Origin: a virus
Taxonomy: Duplodnaviria > Caudoviricetes
DNA: 46,869 nucleotides
Reading direction: 5' to 3' (one strand)
Virus record (IMG/VR): IMGVR_UViG_3300044699_000025
Coordinates: 1-46,869 of that record
The notes beneath the pieces are model-generated. The model was given only the letters and a program-made list of their open reading frames with translations, made no database searches and was not told where the DNA came from. Below, piece by piece: positions 16,470-25,782 of the stretch. The first letter of the stretch is position 1. Each line of letters begins with the position of its first letter. A program made the position numbers and the translations under genes.

Positions 16470-17744
16470 CGTGGCTGGATCAATTATTGGCACAAACACT
16501 CAGAGTTGGAGTCACCCACTAATTTCTGGTTGTGGGGTGGCTTAGCTGCTATGTCTGCAATCATAAAGGATAACATATGGCTTGATAGACAAATATATAA
16601 TCTATATCCAAACATCTATGTAATGTTCCATGCTGAGAGTGGATTGAAAAAAGGTCCCCCGATTAGCATGGCGAAACAGTTAGTCAGAGGTGTAGGAGGG
16701 ACTAGGATTATAAGTGGGCGTAGCTCTATTCAAGGAATACTGAAGGAATTAGGAACTGCACAGACACAACCAGGTGGGAAGGTTATCACTAAGTCTACAG
16801 CATTCATTTGCTCATCAGAATTAACAAGTAGTATCGTAGAGGATAAAGTAGCGACGGACATTCTAACCGATCTGTATGATAGACAATACAACATTGGTGA
16901 GTGGCGGTCCCTACTGAAGATGGAATCCTTCAATCTGAAAGATCCTACGATAACTATGTTGACCGCGACTAATGAAGCTCACTCATCAGATTTCTTCGGT
17001 AAGAAGGATATACATGGTGGATACTTCGCTCGAACATTCGTTGTATCAGAGAGTAAGAGAAACCGAGCAAACAGTCTACTAGTACCACTAAGGAATCCAC
17101 CAAAGTATGTGGATCTGATTGAATACTTAAAAGAACTATCTAAACTAGTAGGTCCATTCAAACCACTCGCACTCAAGGAACCAGAGGGATGTTGCAAGAT
17201 ACCGTGGATAGAACATGTCACTGGTGAAATCAATTACTTTACCGGAGCAGGTCTAATCTATCAGAAGTGGTATGAGAACTTTATCGATACGATTCTAACT
17301 CAGGACTTACGTGATGATACAGGCACACTGAATCGATTCGGTGATTCTGTTCTGAAGGTAGCTATGCTGTTGTCGCTAAGTAGATCACCTGAATTAAGCA
17401 TAGATGAGGAGTCTATGCAACTTGCAATTGAACATTGTGAGAAACTGATAGGTAACGTGAGACAAATGACTCACGGTAAGAAAGGACTGTCAGAATCTAA
17501 GAGTATTAAAGGTCTGATAATTGAGGAACTATTAGGTAGAGATTCCCATCAGATATCTAGACCAATGTTACTCAAGAAGATGTGGGCACATTACAAGGAA
17601 GCTACTGAACTAGATGAGATAATGCAATCATTCGACCAGGCAGGTATGATTAGAACTGAGTCAATAGGGAATCAGATAATCTATATTATGCCTGAACTTC
17701 AGGTGATGGAATATAAACGTCTATTCGCGGGGAAAAACAAATGA
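16466..17744 (+). CDS. DUF3987-like P-loop helicase, with an apparent +1 frameshift near 16495
   Basis: LYPNIYV..AESGLKK, SSEL, LTDLYD and GGYFAR motifs. The GTG at 16466 overlaps the upstream stop but is out of frame with 16506..17744. Confidence 0.7.
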
Positions 17745-18010
17745 TCATCACATCAAAAGGACTCAAATTACTTCTTAGAGATCATGACATCCATCCACAT
17801 ACAGCATTCGGTATATTGATGGATAATTATATTGCATTGAAGGATAGATATATAGCCTTAATCAATGGAAATTTACCCCTTCAACATGAACTATTGGATC
17901 TCATCACACTGATGCCCGATTCTCAGACAGATGAGATAATCAACTACATCAATGAATTGAAGGAAACAAGGAAGATGAGAGATGCTAATTCCAAGACCGA
18001 CACAGAATGA
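17741..18010 (+). CDS. Hypothetical protein
   Basis: ATGA coupling. Confidence 0.6.
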   Translation: MIITSKGLKLLLRDHDIHPHTAFGILMDNYIALKDRYIALINGNLPLQHELLDLITLMPDSQTDEIINYINELKETRKMRDANSKTDTE

Positions 18011-18176
18011 ACCAGAAGAACCTGATGTATCTGAACTATCCAGTGGTGCATATATCAAGTGGTATCTTGATGTACCTAATTGGAAATGTAATGTATGTCA
18101 TGCCGTGATGTTCGGTCGAATGACTTATTGCGTGTACTGTAAGGTGAGATTAGGAAAGGATACACCTAGACCATGA
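17982..18176 (+). CDS. Zinc-ribbon small protein
   Basis: WKCNVC...CVYC. Confidence 0.65.
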   Translation: MLIPRPTQNEPEEPDVSELSSGAYIKWYLDVPNWKCNVCHAVMFGRMTYCVYCKVRLGKDTPRP

Positions 18177-18385
18177 CTGAAGATCAATTTCAGCAGGCAG
18201 TTCTAGAGTTAAGAGAAGTTGTATCTAAAACAGAGGCATTAGCATTAGATGCCGATAGGCGGATAAGACAGCAAACACTAGATGAGGTTATAGCAGATAT
18301 CAAGTCAACACTTGACTATACTAACGGTAACTCTCTAGTACAATATATACTAGAGCGAGTAGAAAAATTGAAGGAGACACCATGA
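18173..18385 (+). CDS. Hypothetical protein
   Basis: ATGA coupling; AAGGA RBS. Confidence 0.65.
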   Translation: MTEDQFQQAVLELREVVSKTEALALDADRRIRQQTLDEVIADIKSTLDYTNGNSLVQYILERVEKLKETP

Positions 18386-18594
18386 CCCCAATTTATGAAG
18401 TGAAGATGGTACCGAAAGATCCGAAGGCATCAATTGTTTACATCATACTGCGTGTAGATGATCCAGAAAACATCTATGACACAGATACACTAATCAACTT
18501 CATTGAGAAACAATTTCCAGGCTATCGTACAGATCACGTCATAGCTGGATACAAAAGAATACCCTCAGAAACTAATGGTGGTATCTCTAATTAA
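18382..18594 (+). CDS. Hypothetical protein, last gene of the + strand block
   Basis: AAGGAG RBS; its stop overlaps the convergent stop (TTAA at 18591-18594). Confidence 0.65.
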   Translation: MTPIYEVKMVPKDPKASIVYIILRVDDPENIYDTDTLINFIEKQFPGYRTDHVIAGYKRIPSETNGGISN

Positions 18595-21500
18595 CGGAAT
18601 CCCCCACCAGTAAAATTGTAGTCATATTCCTTGGGAATGTATCTACTATCAGTTTCACCCCTATCATAGATTTGACTACTCATACCCATAGCAATGGGAG
18701 CAATGAGTGGGAGTAGGTTAGGATCTTCTTTGGCTAATTCAATTACATCTCCAACGACTAGAGGCATAAATAGTTGCAGAGTACGATCCATTACAGGAAA
18801 TGGTTGGCGTTGGGACGCATTTGCCAAGTCATTAGCAAACTTCAACACTGGATGAAGTTTATTGGTAAGAAATCTATCTGCAACATCCCGTCTTGTGTCC
18901 GCTTTATATCCCTGACCTAGTTCGGTAGTTCGATGAGTAGATGATGATGTATAGTAACCAGTTGCTAATCTACTTCCAGCTACGAGATACTGTTGGAATC
19001 CAGCACCCGGATCTAATCTGAAATTACCTATTCTAACTTTACCAAAGTCTGAGCTATTAGTATCCATATCAACATCTGCACCTGCCATACCTGCAATTGT
19101 TGCCGTGGCACCCCATGCAGCAGTAGTCGCAAGTAATGCCTTGATATACTGCTTCCTTACCAATGGAGTAGCCATTGTGTAGGTAGCAGGATTCAACATA
19201 CGCACTCTACTGGCGATTAGTCTAGGTGAAAATAGAGTACGACTCATCACTGGCGCAGCGAAACCAACATCATAGTCCCTTGTGCGTATTGCACCATCTT
19301 TAATAGTAGGACCAGCTAATTTCAATGGTCCTCTACCTGATGCAGTATTCACGAAATCAGCTATTTCACGAGCCAATACCTCATTAGTATAGGGATTAAG
19401 TGCGGCCGCTTCACCGGACGTAAACTTCTCTTTCAAGAATCCAGGTCTAGCCTCACCTGTTCTCATTGCAGTATCAGATAGTTGCTCAGCACTTTTCATT
19501 AGTTGTTCAAATGTGTCGGCTCTCAACTGATTGAGAAATGCCTGATATCCTCTATTGGATATGCGCGCAGCCTTTCCAATTGTTTGTGCATATTTCCTTT
19601 GGGCTGCTGTATCCTCACCAAACATCTTACCTGATTCAACCCAATTCGATGCTAGATTTTCCTCTCGTGTAGTTAGGTCATTACTGAGATCCATTAGATG
19701 AAGTCCCATCTTCTCAGCGAATGATGGGATTCGATCTCCTGTAGTCATATCGATATCATCAGCAAATAAATCTCGGGATCTGATGTCTGCAAGTGTCTTC
19801 TCAAATGCAGCTTCAGATCCCATAGCCTTTACTTGTGCTCCCCAAGCATTGCGCCATGCCTTAGTGAATGCGAGTGGTGAGCCTTGTTTGAGTGATGCTG
19901 AGATATCCATAGTAGTGAGGATACCACGCGTGAAATTATATGCCTCAGTGAATTTAGATGGCTTACCTTCTTTAGTTTCAAGTGCGCTCAATACACTCTT
20001 AACTTTACCTCTAGCCTTCTCACCTAAATCATTGAATATCGGGGTAGAACCTGCATCCTCGCCACCGATTTTATTTGATACTTGAGTGAGTTTAGTTTCA
20101 AAGAATTGTAATCCCTTGACTACTCTGTCACGCCATGTTTCGCCCGCCTTCAGGGGTGCGTGTGATTCCGAAGCAATAATGCCACGATAAGCATCATCGG
20201 GTGCTCCAGCTTCATCTAATACCTCAATTGCTTTAGACCATTTCTGAGCTGTAGTATTCTTTAATCCCGATTCAGAGCCAACAACAGTTTCATAATTACG
20301 AAGTTCAGATGGAAGCTCTTGTGCAACAGGATCATCACGTAACCATTTAGCAAATAGATTCTCAGTTGGCAATCTATTTCCTAACCACTTAGTGAATCTG
20401 TCTGATACATCTTGTAAGCCACCACCTAGACTTCCGATAGTTGTGCCCTTACCAGGTTTTCTATGCTCAAATATTACATTACCTTTTGCATCTTCTCCGA
20501 CTTGAAATATATTCTGTTTTTCTAGTTTCTTTATCATAGTTTCAGTTACATTCTTTTTATCTGCTACAAATCTACCACCTTCCACGAATTTAACTTTACT
20601 AGCTGGAATTCCACTAGTGACAGGTGTAGTTTCAACCTTTCCTGGAATTATAGGATCATTAGCAACAGTCCTACGAATCCATTGTGGATTACGATTTGCA
20701 GATAATCTTCCAGGCCATACATTAAATCCATGCTGTCTCAAATATCCCAACAGTTGCTGACTTGGATGTGTTATAGTTGCTACTTCAAATCCTTCAGGCA
20801 TTAAATGATTATTTGCCGAAGTTTCAATATAGAATCCTGCTTGTGGTGCCTCTGTTGGGACTACTGGTGGCCTCTCGACAGGTGCTTCTCTAGCTACAGG
20901 TGGAGTTTCAACAATAGGTTCAGGTCGAACTTCTACTGGAGATTCAACAGGTGGAGCTTCAGGTATAGTAGGTGGAACTTCAGGAGGTCTAGGAGGTAAC
21001 ATATCCTCCATAGTAATTGGTCTGCCAGCTTCAAATGGTCTACCAGCTTCAAATGGAGTAGGTCTAGGCACACCCTCATAACTCTGTTCAGGGCTATAGG
21101 GTAGTTCAAATTGACCTGTTCCTGGTCGCATGTATGGAGGTGGCTCTGTACTAAATCTTCCACCTCTACGATACGGACCAAATTTCAAATCACCCTGAAT
21201 ACCTTCTGGAGGTATATCAAAGATATTACCTTGCATAGGCTTATCAGGTGATATAATAGGTTCTTCAACAGGTGGACGCTGATCGAATCTCTCATCCCTC
21301 ATGAATGGAAATTCAAATTGATTACTGGGTCCAATACCTGCTGGTGCTTCGGGAACATCATACAAATTAGTTGGCGGACGTGGCACATCATATGGTGAGG
21401 GCGGACGTGGCACATCATACAAATCAGTTGGAGGACGGGGTACATCATACAGATTAGTAGGTGGACGTGGAACATCATATAGACTGGTAGGAGGACGTTC

Positions 21501-22103
21501 CGGTCCAAACAATACTGGTTCCCGGACAGGTAATTTGCCTCTCATTCCAAACAAACCACCAACACCCTCAACTAAACCAGTTCCAATATCCTGAAAATTA
21601 CCTTCTGATACGCCCTTACTCAATCGAGCCGCACCTGATACCGCGTATGGAGCAGATAGTAATTTCTCTGCCCTGAGTGCGCGTTGTGCTAATGCTGTTC
21701 TTCTAGCAGCTTCTGCCCCTTCTAATGATAATGCACTTCTTCCAAGTGTTCTAGCTGCTACACCTGAACCAAGTGTAGCTATACCCAATGGCGAAGTGAG
21801 GCCACTAACCTGTTCACCAATGTTATGAAGGAATGCACCTCCGTAACGAGACAAGGAGGGTATCCAATCATTAGCATTTTGACCCATGCCATATTCCATC
21901 ATGGGTTCAGCTAATAGATCTACAAATTTAGTTGGTAATGTAGATAATGGTTGATTAAACCATGATTGATCGAACCTTTGCAATAGAGATGGATCATCCT
22001 CATACTTCTTTTCGTAAGAAGAAGTATCATCAGGTGGATCAATATCTATCCAGTTACCTTCATTTTCATTAGGATCAGGTATATCTACCCATTTTTGAGG
22101 CAT
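18591..22103 (-). CDS. Large internal virion / DNA ejection protein
   Basis: 1170 aa, last in the structural operon after two Gly/Gln-rich genes; Pro-rich repeats and hydrophobic segments. Function inferred from position. Confidence 0.7.
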   Translation of the reverse strand: MPQKWVDIPDPNENEGNWIDIDPPDDTSSYEKKYEDDPSLLQRFDQSWFNQPLSTLPTKFVDLLAEPMMEYGMGQNANDWIPSLSRYGGAFLHNIGEQVSGLTSPLGIATLGSGVAARTLGRSALSLEGAEAARRTALAQRALRAEKLLSAPYAVSGAARLSKGVSEGNFQDIGTGLVEGVGGLFGMRGKLPVREPVLFGPERPPTSLYDVPRPPTNLYDVPRPPTDLYDVPRPPSPYDVPRPPTNLYDVPEAPAGIGPSNQFEFPFMRDERFDQRPPVEEPIISPDKPMQGNIFDIPPEGIQGDLKFGPYRRGGRFSTEPPPYMRPGTGQFELPYSPEQSYEGVPRPTPFEAGRPFEAGRPITMEDMLPPRPPEVPPTIPEAPPVESPVEVRPEPIVETPPVAREAPVERPPVVPTEAPQAGFYIETSANNHLMPEGFEVATITHPSQQLLGYLRQHGFNVWPGRLSANRNPQWIRRTVANDPIIPGKVETTPVTSGIPASKVKFVEGGRFVADKKNVTETMIKKLEKQNIFQVGEDAKGNVIFEHRKPGKGTTIGSLGGGLQDVSDRFTKWLGNRLPTENLFAKWLRDDPVAQELPSELRNYETVVGSESGLKNTTAQKWSKAIEVLDEAGAPDDAYRGIIASESHAPLKAGETWRDRVVKGLQFFETKLTQVSNKIGGEDAGSTPIFNDLGEKARGKVKSVLSALETKEGKPSKFTEAYNFTRGILTTMDISASLKQGSPLAFTKAWRNAWGAQVKAMGSEAAFEKTLADIRSRDLFADDIDMTTGDRIPSFAEKMGLHLMDLSNDLTTREENLASNWVESGKMFGEDTAAQRKYAQTIGKAARISNRGYQAFLNQLRADTFEQLMKSAEQLSDTAMRTGEARPGFLKEKFTSGEAAALNPYTNEVLAREIADFVNTASGRGPLKLAGPTIKDGAIRTRDYDVGFAAPVMSRTLFSPRLIASRVRMLNPATYTMATPLVRKQYIKALLATTAAWGATATIAGMAGADVDMDTNSSDFGKVRIGNFRLDPGAGFQQYLVAGSRLATGYYTSSSTHRTTELGQGYKADTRRDVADRFLTNKLHPVLKFANDLANASQRQPFPVMDRTLQLFMPLVVGDVIELAKEDPNLLPLIAPIAMGMSSQIYDRGETDSRYIPKEYDYNFTGGGFR
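21352..21498 (-). repeat. Five ~30-nt intragenic repeats encoding (N/S/D)LYDVPRPPT
   Basis: YDVP occurs five times in the translation. Confidence 0.9.
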
Positions 22104-23464
22104 TACTGACCCCCACGTCTATAGGGCTGCCAATTTCTTCCACCATCATGAGATACACGTATTTCGCCAGTATCAGGATCTTGCTGATATCTTGGTTTGA
22201 CACCGCCACCAGCCATTACACCACCCAAATTATCACCTGGTTTATTAGTATTGGTGCCGACTCTAGATGAGTTTCCACTAATCAATTTATTGATCTCATT
22301 TTTCATTTTATCATAGTTTTCCTTCTCTTTAGCTGAAACACCTGAAATCCAACCAGCCTTGGGGGGATCTTTAATTTGATAATTTTCAAGATCAATATAC
22401 TTATGATATTCTGGATATTTATCCCAAACAGTTTGAATGGCATTCTTACGTCTAGTTGCAGCCTCATTAGGCGTATCAACATCCATCGAAGAACGAGACG
22501 GCATATTTTGAATAACTACTCTGCCCTCTTGTTTTGTACCCTCAGTCTGACGGTCCTGATTACCTTTCTCACCAATTTGAGCCAGTTTTGCATTATTGTT
22601 CAAAGCAGCTAATTCTAGTGTAGTAACAGCCTTACCATCCATACCCGTATTTACAGTTCTGCCATCTTTATATACAATTATGATGTCCTTTCCATCATTG
22701 ATTACCTTATCAACAGTTCCAGTTCTCACCAAATTATCTAGTTGAATTCGCTGTTGTTGAATTCTTTCATTAGACATTATTCTTTCTTGATTAGTACGAT
22801 TTCTTTCATCAGCAATTCTAGACTGTTCCGCCTGTTTATTACCTGCTGTGATAGAAGTAACTACATTTTGAGCCAATGCTCTTTCATTAGCATTTGCAGC
22901 ATTCTCAAATTGTGTAGCCTGACCAAATGGACCAACACGCGCACCGAAATCAGCTAGATCACGGATATGAGGTGCGTATAGAACTTTCTCCTGTTCTCCT
23001 ATACCACCTGGAATACCACGACTGCGATTACCTAATCCTACTCCAGCAGCCACTAGTCTGCGTGCGAATGATGGTTCTTCACGTTCTGGGAATCTATCTA
23101 GTAAATCATTGAATCTATTACTAGCTCTAGTTTCAGGTGTATATACCTTATTGATTGCATCTATAGTAGCCTGAATATCATCAGGTGTATTATTTTGTCC
23201 TATTCTAGGTGGTTGTCCAACTGGAATATTAGGACCGAATCTCGATTGGTCGAATGGTGATGTGCGTGTAAATCCAGGATCATTATATGGATATGACGGT
23301 TCCCGTGTCATACCAGGATCATCATATGAAGATGGTTCAGTTCTCGTAAATCCTGGATCGTTATCAGATTGCTGACCATATTGATTTATATCCCCCATAA
23401 TATTCATGGATGGATAGTCATCGAATATCTGGTTACGAAGGTTTCTGATATCATTGTATGCCAT
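22103..23464 (-). CDS. Putative internal virion / ejection protein
   Basis: 453 aa, Q/N/R-rich coiled coil; three DPG(F/M)TR repeats; position. Confidence 0.65.
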   Translation of the reverse strand: MAYNDIRNLRNQIFDDYPSMNIMGDINQYGQQSDNDPGFTRTEPSSYDDPGMTREPSYPYNDPGFTRTSPFDQSRFGPNIPVGQPPRIGQNNTPDDIQATIDAINKVYTPETRASNRFNDLLDRFPEREEPSFARRLVAAGVGLGNRSRGIPGGIGEQEKVLYAPHIRDLADFGARVGPFGQATQFENAANANERALAQNVVTSITAGNKQAEQSRIADERNRTNQERIMSNERIQQQRIQLDNLVRTGTVDKVINDGKDIIIVYKDGRTVNTGMDGKAVTTLELAALNNNAKLAQIGEKGNQDRQTEGTKQEGRVVIQNMPSRSSMDVDTPNEAATRRKNAIQTVWDKYPEYHKYIDLENYQIKDPPKAGWISGVSAKEKENYDKMKNEINKLISGNSSRVGTNTNKPGDNLGGVMAGGGVKPRYQQDPDTGEIRVSHDGGRNWQPYRRGGQ

Positions 23465-23476
23465 CGTCAGCTCCCA

Positions 23477-24709
23477 CTAGCCAGGAATATAGTAAGGATC
23501 TTCGTATCCCCAAGGATCTACATTACCACCATCTGCACCACCATAACCAGCCGAATCACCATAGTAACCAGCCGGCACCTGTGGAGGTTGCCATGTTTGT
23601 TGTGGCTGTGTTTGATTTCTTCGATCCTTTAAGAATGCATTAGCAACAGTAGATCCAGTATTATAAACATCCATAATATCATTAACTCTACCCATAGTCT
23701 GATCCCATTGACCCGGTAGTTGCTGAGAACGAATATCAGCATTTATCATATTAGTACCAAAGTTACCACCCTGACCTACAATGTCAGATACTTGGTTTCC
23801 GAATAGTTGAGATGCGCCTGGAGTAGTTCCATACATACTTCTCATTCCACCCAGTGCAGCTAATCTAGTTTGCATATCATTTGCAGATGCAGCAGCCCTT
23901 CTAGATGCAGCAGCTTCGGCAGCCTGAATATTCTTATCTTGTGCTCTTTCATTAGCACCAGCATTATAGGTCTGACCCTGGAAATCTAGGCCAGTATTGT
24001 ATTTACTGACATCAACGTCAGCATTCAATCTTTGACCCTCAATGTTACTCATACCACCCAAGCCAGATAGACGACCGGCCTGTTTCATTTGTGCTAATGC
24101 AGCTTCCACATTAGTTGAAGCATCAGCCATTCCCTGACCCTGTTCACGGGCCATTTTTACTTGTGCCGCGATAGCATTAGGTGCGTATCCACCTTGTAGT
24201 GATCTAGCTCTACCTATTTCATTCTGAGCATTTGAATATGCGGCTCTAATGGGAGCTATCCCACGCGCACGCATATTCGCCATATCGGCATCAGAATATC
24301 CACCAGTCCTAGAGAACTCCTTATATCCTCCATAAGACTCGAATGGATCTGAATATCCTGCTCTACCAGGATTTACAGTAAATGGTGTATAAGTACCAGC
24401 AATACCACCCCCACCACCCCCACCTCCACCACCACTAGATGATCCTCCACCTGATGCAATATCACGATACTGATTCATGATATCAGTATAGTTACCATAG
24501 TCAGATTCAGAGAATCGACCATAGTTGTTAGCCATTGCATTAGCTAGTGGACCTTGTTGATTCTCATATCTCTCTTGCTGATATCCAATCTGGTTCTGAA
24601 CACGTCCGCGTGGATCCCCACCAGACATACCAGGATTAGGTCCACCACTAAACGTAGCCTGATTCTTGGAAGGCTGATATGCCGGTCTATACGGATCACT
24701 TATCGCCAT
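23477..24709 (-). CDS. Putative DNA pilot / ejection protein
   Basis: 410 aa, G/A/Q/N-rich; position after the tail fibres. Confidence 0.65.
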   Translation of the reverse strand: MAISDPYRPAYQPSKNQATFSGGPNPGMSGGDPRGRVQNQIGYQQERYENQQGPLANAMANNYGRFSESDYGNYTDIMNQYRDIASGGGSSSGGGGGGGGGGIAGTYTPFTVNPGRAGYSDPFESYGGYKEFSRTGGYSDADMANMRARGIAPIRAAYSNAQNEIGRARSLQGGYAPNAIAAQVKMAREQGQGMADASTNVEAALAQMKQAGRLSGLGGMSNIEGQRLNADVDVSKYNTGLDFQGQTYNAGANERAQDKNIQAAEAAASRRAAASANDMQTRLAALGGMRSMYGTTPGASQLFGNQVSDIVGQGGNFGTNMINADIRSQQLPGQWDQTMGRVNDIMDVYNTGSTVANAFLKDRRNQTQPQQTWQPPQVPAGYYGDSAGYGGADGGNVDPWGYEDPYYIPG

Positions 24710-24717
24710 GTTCTCTC

Positions 24718-25782
24718 CTACTGAACCTCGATTACCATGTTTGCAAAGAGATAAAGTGCGGAAGTTCCTAAACCATAGTTAGAGAAATCAATTTTAATAA
24801 ATCCCATAACATTTGAACCAGCACCCCAAGAATAATGACCGGGTGACCAAATACCATTATTGTATATAATGACTCCATTACCAGCAGCGGCTGTAATCAA
24901 TCCACCTGGCAATTTACAATATACTACGTTACTAGCTGTTCCAGTTAAATTACTGGCTGGATTTATTTGTAAATTCCAAAATAATGTTTTACCTACTAAC
25001 ATCCATCTATTAGTTTGAACCATTCCAGCAGTAACGCCCCAACCCATGCTACCTGCACTAAAATCAGCAGCATTAAATGGAACAGCCTGCCATACTCCCA
25101 TCGGAACTGATCTAGCTCGTTCAGTAATTGAGCCAGTTGCAATTATATTTCCTGTTCGTGTAATCTGTAATTGACCCTCTGATACTAACGCAGCAGGATC
25201 ATCAGATAATGATTGAATGAATATATCTTGTGCTGCATTAGTAAAACGCCATCGTCGCTTATTAGCAATTTGTGCATTATCAATTAAGAATAAATTAGCC
25301 CATTGATGTAATGGTGCTGCTGCTAATGGATTATCAGTAATAGTCTGATGAGTTGAAAATACATTAGGTAGATTAGTCCATGCATTATTAACTATAACAT
25401 CAGTTCCACCTGGTTCATGAGTTGCATGATGAGCCGCAGTAGCTCCAGATGGTCCCGTTGGACCTTGAGGTCCTTGAATACCTTGAATACCCTGTGGTCC
25501 TCTAAGATTACCTCTTAATGTCCAAGTAGTAGTTCCAGTTTTCTCATAAAAATCACCAGTTGCATTATCTAGATACCAATCCCCTACAATACTGCCAGCT
25601 AATGTTCCAGACGGTACACCAGATCCAGAAAACCAATTCTCTCCCGGTATTCCCTGTATTCCTTGTGGACCAATAGGACCTGTAGGTCCCTGTGGACCAG
25701 TAGGACCAGTTGGACCAGTACCAGTAGGATTCCAAATAGGAACCCATTCAGTTGTTGCTGGATCTGGAGGTCCTGCCATCAC
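24718..25782 (-). CDS. Tail fibre protein with collagen-like repeats
   Basis: Two Gly-X-Y runs flanking WFSGSGVP..GDWYLD; beta-rich C-terminal domain. Confidence 0.8.
   Translation of the reverse strand: MMAGPPDPATTEWVPIWNPTGTGPTGPTGPQGPTGPIGPQGIQGIPGENWFSGSGVPSGTLAGSIVGDWYLDNATGDFYEKTGTTTWTLRGNLRGPQGIQGIQGPQGPTGPSGATAAHHATHEPGGTDVIVNNAWTNLPNVFSTHQTITDNPLAAAPLHQWANLFLIDNAQIANKRRWRFTNAAQDIFIQSLSDDPAALVSEGQLQITRTGNIIATGSITERARSVPMGVWQAVPFNAADFSAGSMGWGVTAGMVQTNRWMLVGKTLFWNLQINPASNLTGTASNVVYCKLPGGLITAAAGNGVIIYNNGIWSPGHYSWGAGSNVMGFIKIDFSNYGLGTSALYLFANMVIEVQ

Noticed and set aside
21380-21400. PYDVP similarity to the HA epitope tag (possible engineered sequence)
   Set aside because: It is one unit of a natural five-copy repeat, lacks DYA, and no vector sequence is present
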